Positions 1 to 11,574 are shown, counted from the first letter of the stretch. The stretch: 64,000 nt of DNA from Octopus sinensis (GCF_006345805.1 NC_043023.1:372001-436000); one strand, 5' to 3'. The notes: generated by a model not told the origin, from the letters alone. Translations and numbers: made by a program.

Positions 1-114
1 GTTCAGTCCCACTGCGTGGCATCTTGGGCAAGTGTCTTCTATTATAGCCTCGGTCCGACCAAAGACTTGATTGGATCTGGTAGACGGAAACTGAAGGAAG
101 CCCGTGTGTGTGTA
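1..114 (+). mobile_element. SINE family A, 5' half (truncated by window edge)
   Basis: B-box-like GTTCAGTCCC, CORE-like 'cttgggcaagtgtctt', then 'ggtagacggaaactgaaggaagcccg' and a (TA)n tract, as in the full copies at 8182 and 61152. Confidence 0.85.
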
Positions 115-159
<45 letters not shown>

Positions 160-267
160 TATATATATATATCTATATATATATATATATATATATGTAC
201 ATATATATATGTACATAATATATGTACATTATAATATATATAATAATATACATATATATATATATTG

Positions 268-420
268 TGTCTGGGGAGAGTCATTCTCTTTTAGTGCCTT
301 ATTACTTAACACATTCACCGGTTCGATTTCCACTCATTCATGTTTTCTAAAATTTTCGTTGCATCTTGTAACCTTGTCATTAGTTATTGACTGTTCGTTA
401 TCAGAGCTCCAAATACAATA
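268..420 (+). repeat. Unclassified interspersed repeat (family E)
   Basis: 'tgtgtctggggagagtcatt...cactcaccgg...aaaattttcgttg' recurs in reverse orientation at ~20740-20865 and ~22510-22630. Confidence 0.7.
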
Positions 421-428
421 TATTATTT

Positions 429-474
<46 letters not shown>

Positions 475-789
475 GTGTGTGCTTGTGTGCATCTGTGCGT
501 GTGTGTGTGTGTATATATATATATAATTTTTATATATAGAGATATGTTTGTGCGTGCGTCACTGTGTTTGTATGATTCATCCTGTCTAGGTTTCTAATCG
601 GAGGACACACCTTCATGACCCCAGTGTCTGACACGCTAACTTGGGTCATGAACGCGGTGCTCTTTTCTCAGATTCGGCGATTAAGACTGACAAATTCCAG
701 ATCCCCCAAACCCGGTGTTGCTTGGCTGGAGATAACATCTAACAGACACCAAAGAATGCCGTCTTATACAGGCAGAAGGAGGGAGGAGT

Positions 790-1110
790 TCGATTAAAAT
801 CTACCCTAGTTCGTTACTGGCACTATAGTATTGTATCATGTTGACCCCAGAGGGACAAAGACAAGTTGGCGCAGGCGTGGTTTGAACTCAGAGCACAAGT
901 AGTGCGAACTAATGCGGCAAAATAAACTGACAAATTACTCTGTCGGTTACGACGACGAGGGTTCTATTTAATCCAGTTACTGGAGCACCCTGTTCATGAA
1001 AGTTCTTAGCTTAGTTCTTAGGGAGATTCAGCATGACACAAAGTATTAAGGGTGGCCCTTTGAAATACAGGTACTACTCATTTTTGGCAGCTGAGTGAGT
1101 GGACTGGAAG
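790..1110. mobile_element. Decayed SINE fragments (family B on -, family F/C-type tail on +)
   Basis: Degenerate matches to 'tttgaactcag' / 'gacccc' of family B and to 'gtcggttacgacgacgaggg...gaaatacaggtactactcatttttggcagctgagtg'. Confidence 0.55.
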
Positions 1111-1233
1111 AAAGGGAAGAAAAGTGTTTCGGACCCTTGGGAGAAAGAGGCTGGAATTAAAAAGTTAAAAGGAGCTGTGCTGTTTTTATTTTTAGGGAGA
1201 GGGCAATCAAGGTACTTAAGGTATCATCATTAC

Positions 1234-1307
1234 CTGTTAAAGGTCCAGTCTGATGTCCTCTCTGAAACTGGCCCCTTTTTATAGACTCTGGTCTTATGTC
1301 CAGGATC
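1234..1307 (-). CDS. Weak candidate internal exon (74 nt), product unknown
   Basis: Donor CAG|GTAATG; weak AAG acceptor after 'ctgtttgccatttaac'; two open frames (DPGHKTRVYKKGPVSERTSDWTFN or ILDIRPESIKRGQFQRGHQTGPLT); no homologue recognised. Confidence 0.15.
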
Positions 1308-1959
1308 CTTGTTAAATGGCAAACAGGGGCCGGCACACGCATACACACTTCACTCACACATGTATACGCAAACACACACGCACACACTCAGAAAATACAT
1401 AGATGCGCACGCATATATACATACACATACACCCCACTCACATTTATATACACAAAGGAAACTTCATGCGTACGCGTGCACCGGAGAACGTGTAGGTGTG
1501 TGTATGCGTGTGTATAAAGGTGAACTTTAAATGACGTCACATGCCACGTGACAGCATGTGTAACCTGAGTGTCATGGCAAATGTTGATTTATCGTTCTGT
1601 GCGTGTGTATGTGCATGTATTTACGGCTGGGTGTATATTGTGTGTGTGTGTGTGTGTTTATATTGACCTATATATCCTTATGCATTATACACACACATAC
1701 ACGTATGTGTGTGTATATTGGCCTACATATTCTTATGCATTATACACACATATGTGTGAGTGTGTGTGTGTTGCTTGCTTATGATAACGAATGCACACAT
1801 GCGTCATACATACGTGCAGGTGTGTAGTGGTTACGCACCCCAGAGTTTGTGTATGTATGTGTATGCATATATAGACATGTGTGTATACGGCCCACACACA
1901 TTTTATATGCATACACACAGCAGCAGGAACAACAACATCAACTTATATATCGCACGTGT

Positions 1960-2101
1960 ATATGGAGCAACTGTTGACACACACTACACACATACAACCC
2001 CTGAGCATGCACACACACACATGTATGTATGTATGTATGTATGTATGTATGTGTGTATGTATGTATGTATATATGTATGTATGTATGTATGTGTATCTAT
2101 A

Positions 2102-2138
<37 letters not shown>

Positions 2139-2420
2139 AGGTATGTTGTGTTCTGTGTAGGTGTATGTATGTATGTATGTATGTGTGTGTAGGTATGTAT
2201 GTATGTATGTATGTATGTATGTATGTATGTGTCTGTGTAGGTATGTATGTATGTATGTATGTATGAATGTATGTATGTATGTATGTAAGTATGTATGTAA
2301 GTATGTATGCATATATGTATATATGTATATATGTATGTATGTATGCATATGTGTATATATGTATATATGTATGTATATATGTATGCATGTATGTATATAT
2401 GTATGTATGTATGCATGTAT
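1960..2420. repeat. (TATG)n/(TG)n compound microsatellite
   Basis: Direct inspection. Confidence 0.95.
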
Positions 2421-2763
2421 GTATTGCATTTGATCCTCTGTCCGATAACTGAAGATGATTTGGCGACTTTTAGTGTGTTTTTCGTTTGTTAGTGCATGTA
2501 TTACCATTTTTAAACCCCCACCACACACTTCAGTATATATACAAACTCCTACATATATGTAGGGGCATGTATGTATGTATGTATACGTACACATATACAA
2601 CATACACGCATACACACATATACACTCTTATATGTGCACACACACACACACCTTCATACCTAAACACACACATATATTCGTAATTCTATCTATCAATATA
2701 CACACATATATACTTGCAGATGTTCTTCCACAGACCACCTACATATGCGTTCATAATTATACG

Positions 2764-2798
<35 letters not shown>

Positions 2799-3119
2799 CT
2801 TATCTATTGCAGTAAATGGCAGAGATAAGAGAATCTAGGTTAAAAAGACTGACATTGCTGTCGCAGTAGTAGTGTTGGGGTTGTTGTATTGATAGTACTT
2901 GTAATAGTAGTAGTACCGGTTGTAGTGGAGGAAGCAGTAGTGTTAGCGTTGTAAGGGTGGTGGTTGTGGTGGTGCTAGTTCCATATTGCTGTGTGTGGTA
3001 TGGTATGAGGTAGTAGTACAGGAGGTAGTGAAACTGGGGGAGAGGCGGAGAGAGAGCGAGCGAGAGAGGGGGATGGATTGACAGAGAGGCACTGCATCAA
3101 GGACAGGTAGACAGACAGG

Positions 3120-3153
3120 TAAATCTATCTATCTATTATCTATCTTGTCTGTA

Positions 3154-3198
<45 letters not shown>

Positions 3199-3376
3199 GT
3201 CTGTCTATCTACCTACCTATCTATCCATCCATCTGCCTATCTATCTATCTATCTATCTATCCATCTATCTATCCATCTACCTACCTATCCATCCATCCAT
3301 CTACCTAACTATCTATCTATCTATCTTTCCACAAGACAGACAGCATCAGCGACAGGGTATATATATATATATATAT

Positions 3377-3420
<44 letters not shown>
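3120..3420. repeat. (TCTA)n/(TCCA)n then (TA)n microsatellite
   Basis: Direct inspection. Confidence 0.95.
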
Positions 3421-3422
<2 letters not shown>

Positions 3423-3629
3423 GTATACGTGCATGCTCACTCACACGTGGCTATACGCTTAAATATCTATCTATCTATTCAGAGAGAGACAGGCAGAGCT
3501 GTGATAAATATTGATGTTGATTAGATTACCATGGGCGCAGCTGTACCAACAACAACAACAACAACTACACGTGCAACATCATATAACTACGACTGCAGCA
3601 GTTGTAGCGTAGTGATAATATCAACAAGG

Positions 3630-4545
3630 TTACTGCTAGAAATAGCAGCCAAGTCTCCCTGAAGCATCGTGATCCTTGTTTCGTTTCAGGAGGGGGGAAA
3701 AAAGCATATTTAATAATAGTCCAAGATACACTGTGTCTAAATATAAAAGGTGGGATGATCACGGCTGGAACCTCTTTGATTATCCGTATGGTGGAGCTGG
3801 ATTAACCTGGGGCTAAATAACAAAAGGAGACACTATTAGGAACTTAGATAATGTAGCCCTAGTTACACCATGGCTGAATAATCGATGGGATGGTCACAGC
3901 TGGAACACCTTTGATCATAGGTCGACTGGATCCAGACAGACCTGGGGCTAAACAACAATAACCGCTAATATTAACTGTTATACATTAGCTAATGTACCCT
4001 TAGATGCACTATGTCTGAAGAAAAGAAGGGATGGTCACGTTTGTCACATCTTTAATCATGCATCTACTGGATCCGGACAGACCTGGGGTTAAATAACAAC
4101 TATAGCTACTAATACTAACTACTGTACTGTACATTAGGTAATGTAGTCCTAGGTACACAATGTCAGTATAAAAGATGGGATGGTCACAAATGGAACGTCT
4201 TTGATCATAGGTTTTACTGGATCCAGATTGGCCTGGGGCTAAACAACTATAGCTACTAATACTAACTATTCTACTATACATTAGATAATGTAGTCTTAGA
4301 TACACCATGTCTGGATCCAAGATGGGATGGTCACAGCTGGAACATCTTTGATCATAGGTCGACTGGATTAGGACTGACCTAGGGCTAAATAAAACTAGCC
4401 TCAAATATTAACTACTATGCATTAGATAATGTAGTCCTAGATACACCATGTCTGGATCCAAGATGGGATGGTCACAGCTGGAACATCTTTGATCAAAGGT
4501 CTTCCTGGATCAGGACTGACCTGGGGCTAAACAACAACAGCCAAA
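3630..4545 (+). repeat. Family G repeat ending in a six-unit tandem array of a ~140-bp module
   Basis: 'ctgctagaaatagcagccaa' head at ~3633; units begin 'gggatg(g/a)tcac' at 3752, 3887, 4028, 4177, 4324 and 4465 (spacing 135-149 bp); dispersed copies at ~19415-19790 (-), 57295-57465 (-) and 63020-63135 (+). Confidence 0.9.
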
Positions 4546-4599
4546 TATTAAGATTCATAAAAGAGATCCATTTGAGGTTATGCAACAGTAAACGCATGA

Positions 4600-5690
4600 T
4601 CATTATCATCATCATCATAGACATGAAGAACTGTTAGGAAAGCCTGGAATGCAGTAACAACAACAACAACGGGCACAGCTGCAAAGATAGCGATTGCAAC
4701 ATTAGCAACAATAAATTCTGCAACAGAACGAAGATTGCAACGGTTGCGATAACAACAAATGTTGCAACAAAAACAACAACGATTGCAACAACTATAAGAG
4801 ATGTACATGAAGAAAAGATATGCAGCGACTGCAACATGTGTAATAACAGCCACAAAATTGCACAAGCAGCAGTAACAACAACAACAATAGCAACAAGAAT
4901 AACTGCAACGATAACAGCAAGAACAACAATAACTGCAACGACAACAACAGTGGTTGCATGATAACAAAACGATTGCAATGAGTCTCAATAACAATCACAA
5001 AAACTGCAACCAAAAAAAAAGCCACCTTCAAAGAAACTGTAACAGTAGTAAGAATAATAACTCCATACAGAAAAAAGTGCAACAGCAACAACAAGGAAAG
5101 AAGGTAAGAAGAAGAAGAACTTGCAGCCGAGCGACAGCAGCAGCCAGCAACAATAACTGCAGTTACTCCGCTGCCACCATCGTCAACTCTGTCATCACCG
5201 TCGCCGCCAACAGAAACACCACCTCCACCATCTCCACCATCAAACACCATCTCCACCACTACCACCACCAGCATCTCCACCACTACCACAACCATCTCCA
5301 CCACTACCACCACCACCACCACCACCATCTCCACCACTACCTAAACCACCACCATCTCCACCACTACCACCACCACCACCCCATCTCCACCACTACCAGC
5401 ACCGCTCTACCACCACCACCACCACCACCACCATCTCCACCACTACCAACACCGCTCTACCACCACCACCACCACCATCTCCACCACTACCAGCACCTCT
5501 CTACCATCACCGTCACCGCCGCCACCAACACCACCACCTTAACCATTACCACCAACAATAACACCGCCACCTTAACCATCACCGCCAACAGTAAAACAAC
5601 ACTGACACCCCCTCTCCCCCACACACCAAGAAGAACATCGTTGCCACCACCAGCGCCACCACCATCGCTGCCACCGCCGTGATTGCGTTT
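4600..5690. repeat. Degenerate (CAA)n followed by (CAC/CCA)n trinucleotide tracts
   Basis: Direct inspection; accounts for the Gln/Asn/His/Pro-rich ORFs in the track. Confidence 0.9.
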
Positions 5691-5779
5691 AAAAGACTTT
5701 CTGATTGCCGAAAAACAGGTCAATGGAATATATATAGCGGTGATGGTGATGATGATGATGATGGTTAAGGGGTTGGTGT

Positions 5780-6870
5780 GTGAGAGGTGGGAGGTTAAAG
5801 GAGGGGAGTAAAGTGCGGGGGCATGAGGGTGGGAGGGTGATGATGGAGAGAGAGGGAAGTGAAATGAAGGTGAGAATGAGAGAGTGAGGAGAGATGGAGA
5901 GTGAAGAGAGATGGAAAGTAAGGAGAGTTGGAAGGTAACGAAAGTTGGAAGGTAAGGAGAGATGGAAAGAATGAGGAGAGATGGAAAGAATGAGGAAATA
6001 TGGAGAGTGAGGAGAGATGGGGAGAGCGAGAGAGCGAGGAGAGACGGGGAGAGTGAGGAGAGACGGGGAGAGTGAGGAGAGATGGGGAGAGCGAGAGTGT
6101 TAGGAGAGATGGAGAGAGTGAGGAGAGATGGAGAGAGTGAGGAGAGATGGAGAGCGTGAGGAGAGATGGAGAGCGTGAGGAGAGATGGAGAGAGTGAGGA
6201 GAGATGGAGAGAGTGAGGAGAGATGGAGAGAGTGAGGAGAGATGGAGAGAGTGAGGAGTGATGGAGAGCAAGGAGAAAGTGTATCGAGTGAGAAATTTGA
6301 AAGGTAAACAGAGAGAGAGAGAGAGGGGAGAGAGCGTACGGAGAATGAAAGTGAAAAAGGAGAGTAGGAAGAGTAAGTAAAGAGTGCAGAGGAATATGTG
6401 CGATATGAAGGATGAAGAGAGAAAAAATGAGAGACAAAACATAGAGATAAAGACAAGGAGGGGAGAATATAGAGAGATGGAGAAAGAAAAGGAGAAAATA
6501 TGGAGCGAGGGAGAGAGAAAAGGAAGGGGTGTAAGGGGAGGTGAGGAAGGGAGAGTAAGAAGAGCTGGAGTAAGATGAAGGGGAGTAAGGATAAGGAGAG
6601 ATAAAACGAGGAGAAACTAAGGATAAAGAGAGAAGAGGAGGGAAGAGGGGGCATGAGAGAAAATATGGAGCAAAGAGAGAGAGAGATGGTGAAAGTGGAA
6701 GGGAGAGTAAGTAAAGAGGAAAACAGTGTGCGAGTGTATAGTAATAGAGAGAAAAGTGAGAATGAGGAGAGATGGAAAGAGAAGAGGTGAGAGATTGAGG
6801 GAGGGAGCGAGGGAGAGCAAGGGAGGAGAGAGTAAGTAGACAAAAAATCGAGAAAAGAGCGAGTGAAATA
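5780..6870. repeat. GA-rich tract containing an 18-bp minisatellite (gaggagagatggagagagt-like, ~6000-6260)
   Basis: Direct inspection of tandem units. Confidence 0.9.
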
Positions 6871-7131
6871 TGGGGAAGAAAAAGAGATTCTAAAAGTCAC
6901 TGTGGAAGAAAAAAAATGGTGACTTTTCAATCGTAGAACGTAAATAGTTTTTGATGTGGTGTGTGTGGGGGGGATGGCGACACACGTGCACACGTTTGTG
7001 TGTGTGCATGCACACACACACACACATATATATATATATAATATATATATATATATACATACACACACGCGCGCGCATACACACATACACACAAGGGTAT
7101 AACCACACGCCATTCATATTGGTATAGTACA

Positions 7132-7175
<44 letters not shown>

Positions 7176-7734
7176 TATATATATATACATACATACATAC
7201 ACACACATACATATTGCTTCAACAAGTAGAAAAGCTAATAAAGATAAATGTTATGATAAAAACTACGAATCTTGTTAAATACAGCTACCCAGGGTTTCCT
7301 GGTCAAAATAATAATGTATATATGTATATATATAATGTATATAATGTATATATATATATATATATATAATTATGTATATATATATCCGCGCATACATTTC
7401 TTCTTCGGATCCAGCTAGCTAGCTATATATACAAACATATATAAAATTTTAAATATAAAATCACATTGGGGCTCTGGTTTTAAGTGTTTAATCGATCATA
7501 TCTTTTCCAATACTTAAATGCGTTAATTCTGTTTGTCGAAAAGCAAGGGTTACCGAACATAAACAAAGTAAACACACACATATATTAACAAACATGGTTG
7601 TGTGGTTAGGAAGTTCTCTTTCTGCAGCAACTATGCGTTCCCGATGTCAATCCCGCACCACGGCGTCTTGGCCAAGTGCTTTTTTTCTCCGATCGTTTCA
7701 AGTTGAATAATTCCTTGGGCAGACATACACGAGA

Positions 7735-8349
7735 CTTTGATGCAACCAAAATGCAACCGAAATGTCGATTATGTGTTATATTTCTGTGGAAGACATCACA
7801 CACAGATTCGTCAGTGACCTAAAAATAACTTCCAATACAGCATGATGTAATTGCCAAAACAAAATACAATGCCTTCCGAGGAAAAGACTGTCGTGAGGTA
7901 AATATAGAGAATCCGTTCGTTATTGAATACACACGCAAACTTCAACACAAGGAATATTCGTGGAACATTCCCATTTAAACATCATCTGTCAAGTGTAAAC
8001 ATAACAGGCTGGAAATCGTGATTGGGACAGACAAGAAAAAGTATGTACCATCATAGAGGTTTGCTGCCCTGCTGATGTGAATATCTCTTTAAAAATTACA
8101 GAAAGAAGATAATTATGGACAGCTGTTTCGAAACCTCCAGCTTCTATATCCAAGATTATAAATTCACATTTATACACATTTATAGGCGCAGGAGTGGCTG
8201 TGTGGTAAGTAGCTTGCTAACCAACCACATGGTTCCGGGTTCAGTCCCACTGCGTGGCATCTTGGGCAAGTGTCTTCTGCTATAGCCTTGGGCCGACCAA
8301 AGCCTTGTGAGTGGATTTGGTAGACGGAAACTGAAAGAAGCCTGTCGTA

Positions 8350-8401
<52 letters not shown>

Positions 8402-8795
8402 GTATGTGTGTATGTTTGTGTGTCTGTGTTTGTCCCCCTAGCATTGCTTGACAACCGATGCTGGTGTGTTTACGTCCCCGTCACTTAGCGGTTCGGCAAA
8501 AGAGACCGATAGAATAAGTACTGGGCTTACAAAGAATAAGTCCCGGGGTCGATTTGCTCGACTAAAGTCGGTGCTCCAGCATGGCCGCAGTCAAATGACT
8601 GAAACAAGTAAAAGAAAAAATACCAATTATAATTCTTGCACTCCGATTTTGTAAGTAAATGCCAAACTGATAGACAATCTGAATAAGCTGGGATTTTCAG
8701 AAAACTAAATCAACCAACCAACACACACATTACAAATACAATCAATAAGAAGAACAATAAAAATATGCAAGACTTTCCCAAGTTCAAAATGTCAA
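7735..8795 (+). mobile_element. Decayed 3' end of a non-LTR retrotransposon with restriction-like endonuclease (R4/Dong- or NeSL-like), split by a SINE
   Basis: Translation across frameshifts and stops gives KCRLC..VEDITH (CCHC knuckle), HDVIAK, EYSWNIPI, KHNRLEIV (NRPD-like), CTIIEVCCPADVNI, NYGQLFRNLQLLYP, YKFTFI; after the SINE it continues IPIII..NLNKLGF..LQIQSI..TIKICKTF. Confidence 0.85.
8182..8615 (+). mobile_element. SINE family A, full length (tRNA-like head, CORE-like motif, internal microsatellite, 3' half ending gtaaaaga)
   Basis: A-box-like TGGCTGTGTGG, B-box-like GGTTCAGTCCC, 'cttgggcaagt'; near-identical to copies at 35983 and 61152. Resembles the CORE-type octopus OR SINEs from memory; assignment not verified. 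Confidence 0.9.
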
Positions 8796-8891
8796 TTTGT
8801 TTTTATCTACATCCCAACGATGGAGTGTTGTATCTCTGTTAGAAACTATCTCCTTTCTTACAAGAAAACTTCAGGTATTCAAAACATGGAA

Positions 8892-9480
8892 AGAACGTGG
8901 CTGTGTGGTAAGAAGCTTGTTTTCCAGCCACATGGTTTTGAGTTCAGTTCCACTGCGTGGCCGACCAAAGCCTTGTGAGTGGATTTGGTAGACAGAAACT
9001 GAAAGAAACCTGTCATATATAAATAAATATGTGCGTGTGTATGAGTATGTGTTTGCCCCACCCCCCGCTTGACAATCAGTACTGATGTTTACGTCCCTGT
9101 AATCTAGCAGTTCGACAAAATTAGCCGATAGAATAAATACCAAACTTAAAAACTATTGGGTTGGTGCAGAATTCTTGCGGGTTTTTTTCAATAAATCTTA
9201 TTCAACAAAAACAATAACAACATGTAACAAAAACATCTTTAAATGATTATTCCGGAGCATATTCACCATCTACTTCAATTGCTGCTTCCCATTTGCTTAG
9301 CAGACGGTCAGACCGTCATTTAAATGTTAAATGTTGTTGTTTTTGTTGGATAAAATTTATTGAAAAAAAGCCGCAATAATTATGCACCAACCTAATAGTA
9401 CTGGGATCGATTTATTGGAGTAAAAATTCAAGGCGCTGCCCCAGCATGGCCGCAGTCTAATGACTGAAACCAGTAAAAGA
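8892..9480 (+). mobile_element. SINE family A copy interrupted by a mariner MITE
   Basis: Head at 8892-9010, 3' half at 9045-9155, resuming 'gtactgggatcga...gactgaaaccagtaaaaga' at 9398-9480. Confidence 0.85.
9156..9395 (-). mobile_element. Internally deleted mariner element/MITE (Hsmar1/cecropia-like TIRs)
   Basis: TA duplication at 9154-9155 and 9396-9397; ends 'ttgggttggtgcagaattcttgcgg' and 'ccgcaataattatgcaccaacctaa'; inverted match extends ~70 bp; minus strand encodes a transposase-like C-terminus DRLLSKWEAAIEVDGEYAPE*. Confidence 0.9.
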
Positions 9481-9499
9481 AAAAATTCATATATGAATG

Positions 9500-9855
9500 C
9501 ATGCATATATAAACCTGTCTTTTTTATTGAAACAAAGTTTCTACGAAAATCTTGCAAACTTTCCACCCGAGAACCTAACATTTCCACTCGATATTGGCGG
9601 TAGTGGAAAATTTCCACGGGTTTAGGGGTTAAAAAAACCCCCCAAAAAACGAGCGAACGTACACGAAGGAAAGAAGTATCAGCACTGCTGCCCGAGAACT
9701 TAGATTTTGATAAAAAATTTTGACAAGACAAGACTTAACAAGCAATTATTTTCACAGCCCTTCCGCCCACCATCGAAAGAAAAAAAAATAGTTGAAACAG
9801 AGGAAGCAACAGCGGCGGTGAAAAGGGGTCTTATCTCCCATGTTTGTTCTGTAAT
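9500..9855 (-). other. Weak candidate terminal exon/3' UTR
   Basis: Acceptor 'cttacgttttaatttttcgtag|' at 9856-9857 with branch-like CTTAC; AATAAA on - at 9523-9528; non-repetitive sequence. Confidence 0.2.
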
Positions 9856-10186
9856 CTACGAAAAATTAAAACGTAAGATAGGCCCATCCCTCGCCTAAAA
9901 GAAAACGTTTATATTTAATCTATATTTGTACTATGAACTGTGTATGTTTATTTATATACGGGTGGAGGGGGCTAGACGGGTGGGTTAGGGTATAAAAGGA
10001 AAAAAGTTCCGAGACGTGCATTTTTAAAAATCGTCAGCATAAAACATGTAAACATATATATATACATGTACACACATATACACATACATACAAACACATA
10101 CATACATATACAAACATACATAAACACACGCACACATATATACACACACACACAGACATACACACACAGACACACACACATATATA

Positions 10187-10470
10187 AGCGCATGGCTTAG
10201 TGGATAAGGTATTGCACTCATGATAGCGAGATCGTGGGTTCGATTCCCAGACGGGGTGTTGCGTCCTTGAGCAAAGCACTTCATTTCACGTTACTCTGCG
10301 ATCATTTGGACATCTGACATGTGGCACCCAGTTACACCTGTACAGGTAATGTCGATTTGATGGAGGGAGTGAGCTTATTTCTACACAAACATTTGATCAC
10401 AATAAACGAATCATCTGTGTGGTTATTCAGTAAGAAATTGTGAAGCCCTTATACGTCGTCTAACAACGAG
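10187..10470 (+). mobile_element. SINE family C head with family F-type tail
   Basis: TGGCTTAGTGG A-box, GGTTCGATTCC B-box, 'ccttgagcaaagcacttcatttcac'. Confidence 0.8.
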
Positions 10471-11574
10471 ATTCCATTATATAAATATATATATTTAAAA
10501 AAAGGAGATGTCGAACACGAGTGGTGATATATACATATGAGAAAAAGAAAACGGAGAAACTGAGATATAATTATTAATTTATTAGAACATATTTAATTCC
10601 AAGCAAAAACAAACTCTTAGCCCCTACAATTGTTTCCATGCCCAATGCGAAGCTAACATCTTTGGTTGATACAGTGGATAAAACAAAGGTACTTGGATGC
10701 TGACATTCCTTTAAGAGGGTTTTATATCCTTGATTTAATTATATACACACACACACACAAACATATATACAAACTAATACATATACATACGTGTTATATA
10801 TGAGTGTGTGTGTGTTGTGCGTAACAAAAAGGGAGGATGAGAATTTCGATTATCCTCACGGGGTGAGTTGTAATGCAACACACACACACATATATATATA
10901 TAAAATAAAAGGTAAATTTACACAGTTTACCTATGAAATATACTAAAAATTATATTAACTAAGTGAAAGATTATTGTGTTAGTCGACCGGTTTCGTTTTC
11001 ACTAATCATGACGTTGAAATTATTGTATAATTTCGTATTTTCTTACGATTTTAGCCCATGTTGTGTGAATGAATGATTCAACAAGTTAGATTTTTCTATA
11101 TGTTGAATCATTCAGTCACAAACTTCTCCACACACAACTTGGACCAATATCTTAAGAAAACACGAAATTACAATAATTTTGATATCATGTTTAGCGAAAG
11201 CAAAACCGTTGACAAGCACAATACCCTTTTACTTATAAAATATATTAAAACTATGTAAACTTTGTGCATTTTTCTTATTTTGTTTTATTATATATATGAA
11301 TTTGCTGTGGAGTGTGGTTAGTCTAACGTTTCGGATAGAGTCTCTCTTCAGGGAAATATTGACAGAAAAGAAATTAATGAAGGACAGCAGAGTCTTGCTT
11401 AGTTCCTCTTCAGCCAAATTTTCCAAAAGGAATTCTTCCGAAACGTTGGATTTTCCACTCCGGACGGCAAGTTACCTGTATACTTCGCATCGATTTTACA
11501 CAATAACACAAGTGTTGCCAATGCAAACCAATACTGCTATCTTTGGAGTCTGATTCTTCGTATCTATTATATTA

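Noticed and set aside
1760-2840. Many 60-170-aa ORFs of the MYVCMYV / HTYIHT type (also at 12280-17460, 21720-22150, 29170-30700, 33550-34340, 46820-47320 and 59360-61080)
   Set aside because: They are translations of stop-free (TATG)n, (TG)n, (CA)n and (TA)n microsatellites; no splice signals or domain content.
3752-4545. Possible CRISPR-like or retrozyme array
   Set aside because: Units are homologous along their whole length (no unique spacers), there are no cas genes, the DNA is eukaryotic, and no CUGANGA/GAAA core is present.
4954-5682. 242-aa His/Pro/Gln-rich ORF
   Set aside because: Entirely explained by degenerate (CAA)n and (CAC)n tracts; no evidence for coding constraint.
5487-7113. 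Three long minus-strand Leu/Ser-rich ORFs (215-337 aa)
   Set aside because: Reverse complement of a GA-rich minisatellite that cannot contain stops.
8120-8140. GAAA-CAGCTG-TC on the minus strand as a hammerhead
   Set aside because: Lies inside the LINE coding sequence with no CUGANGA box or stems I and II.
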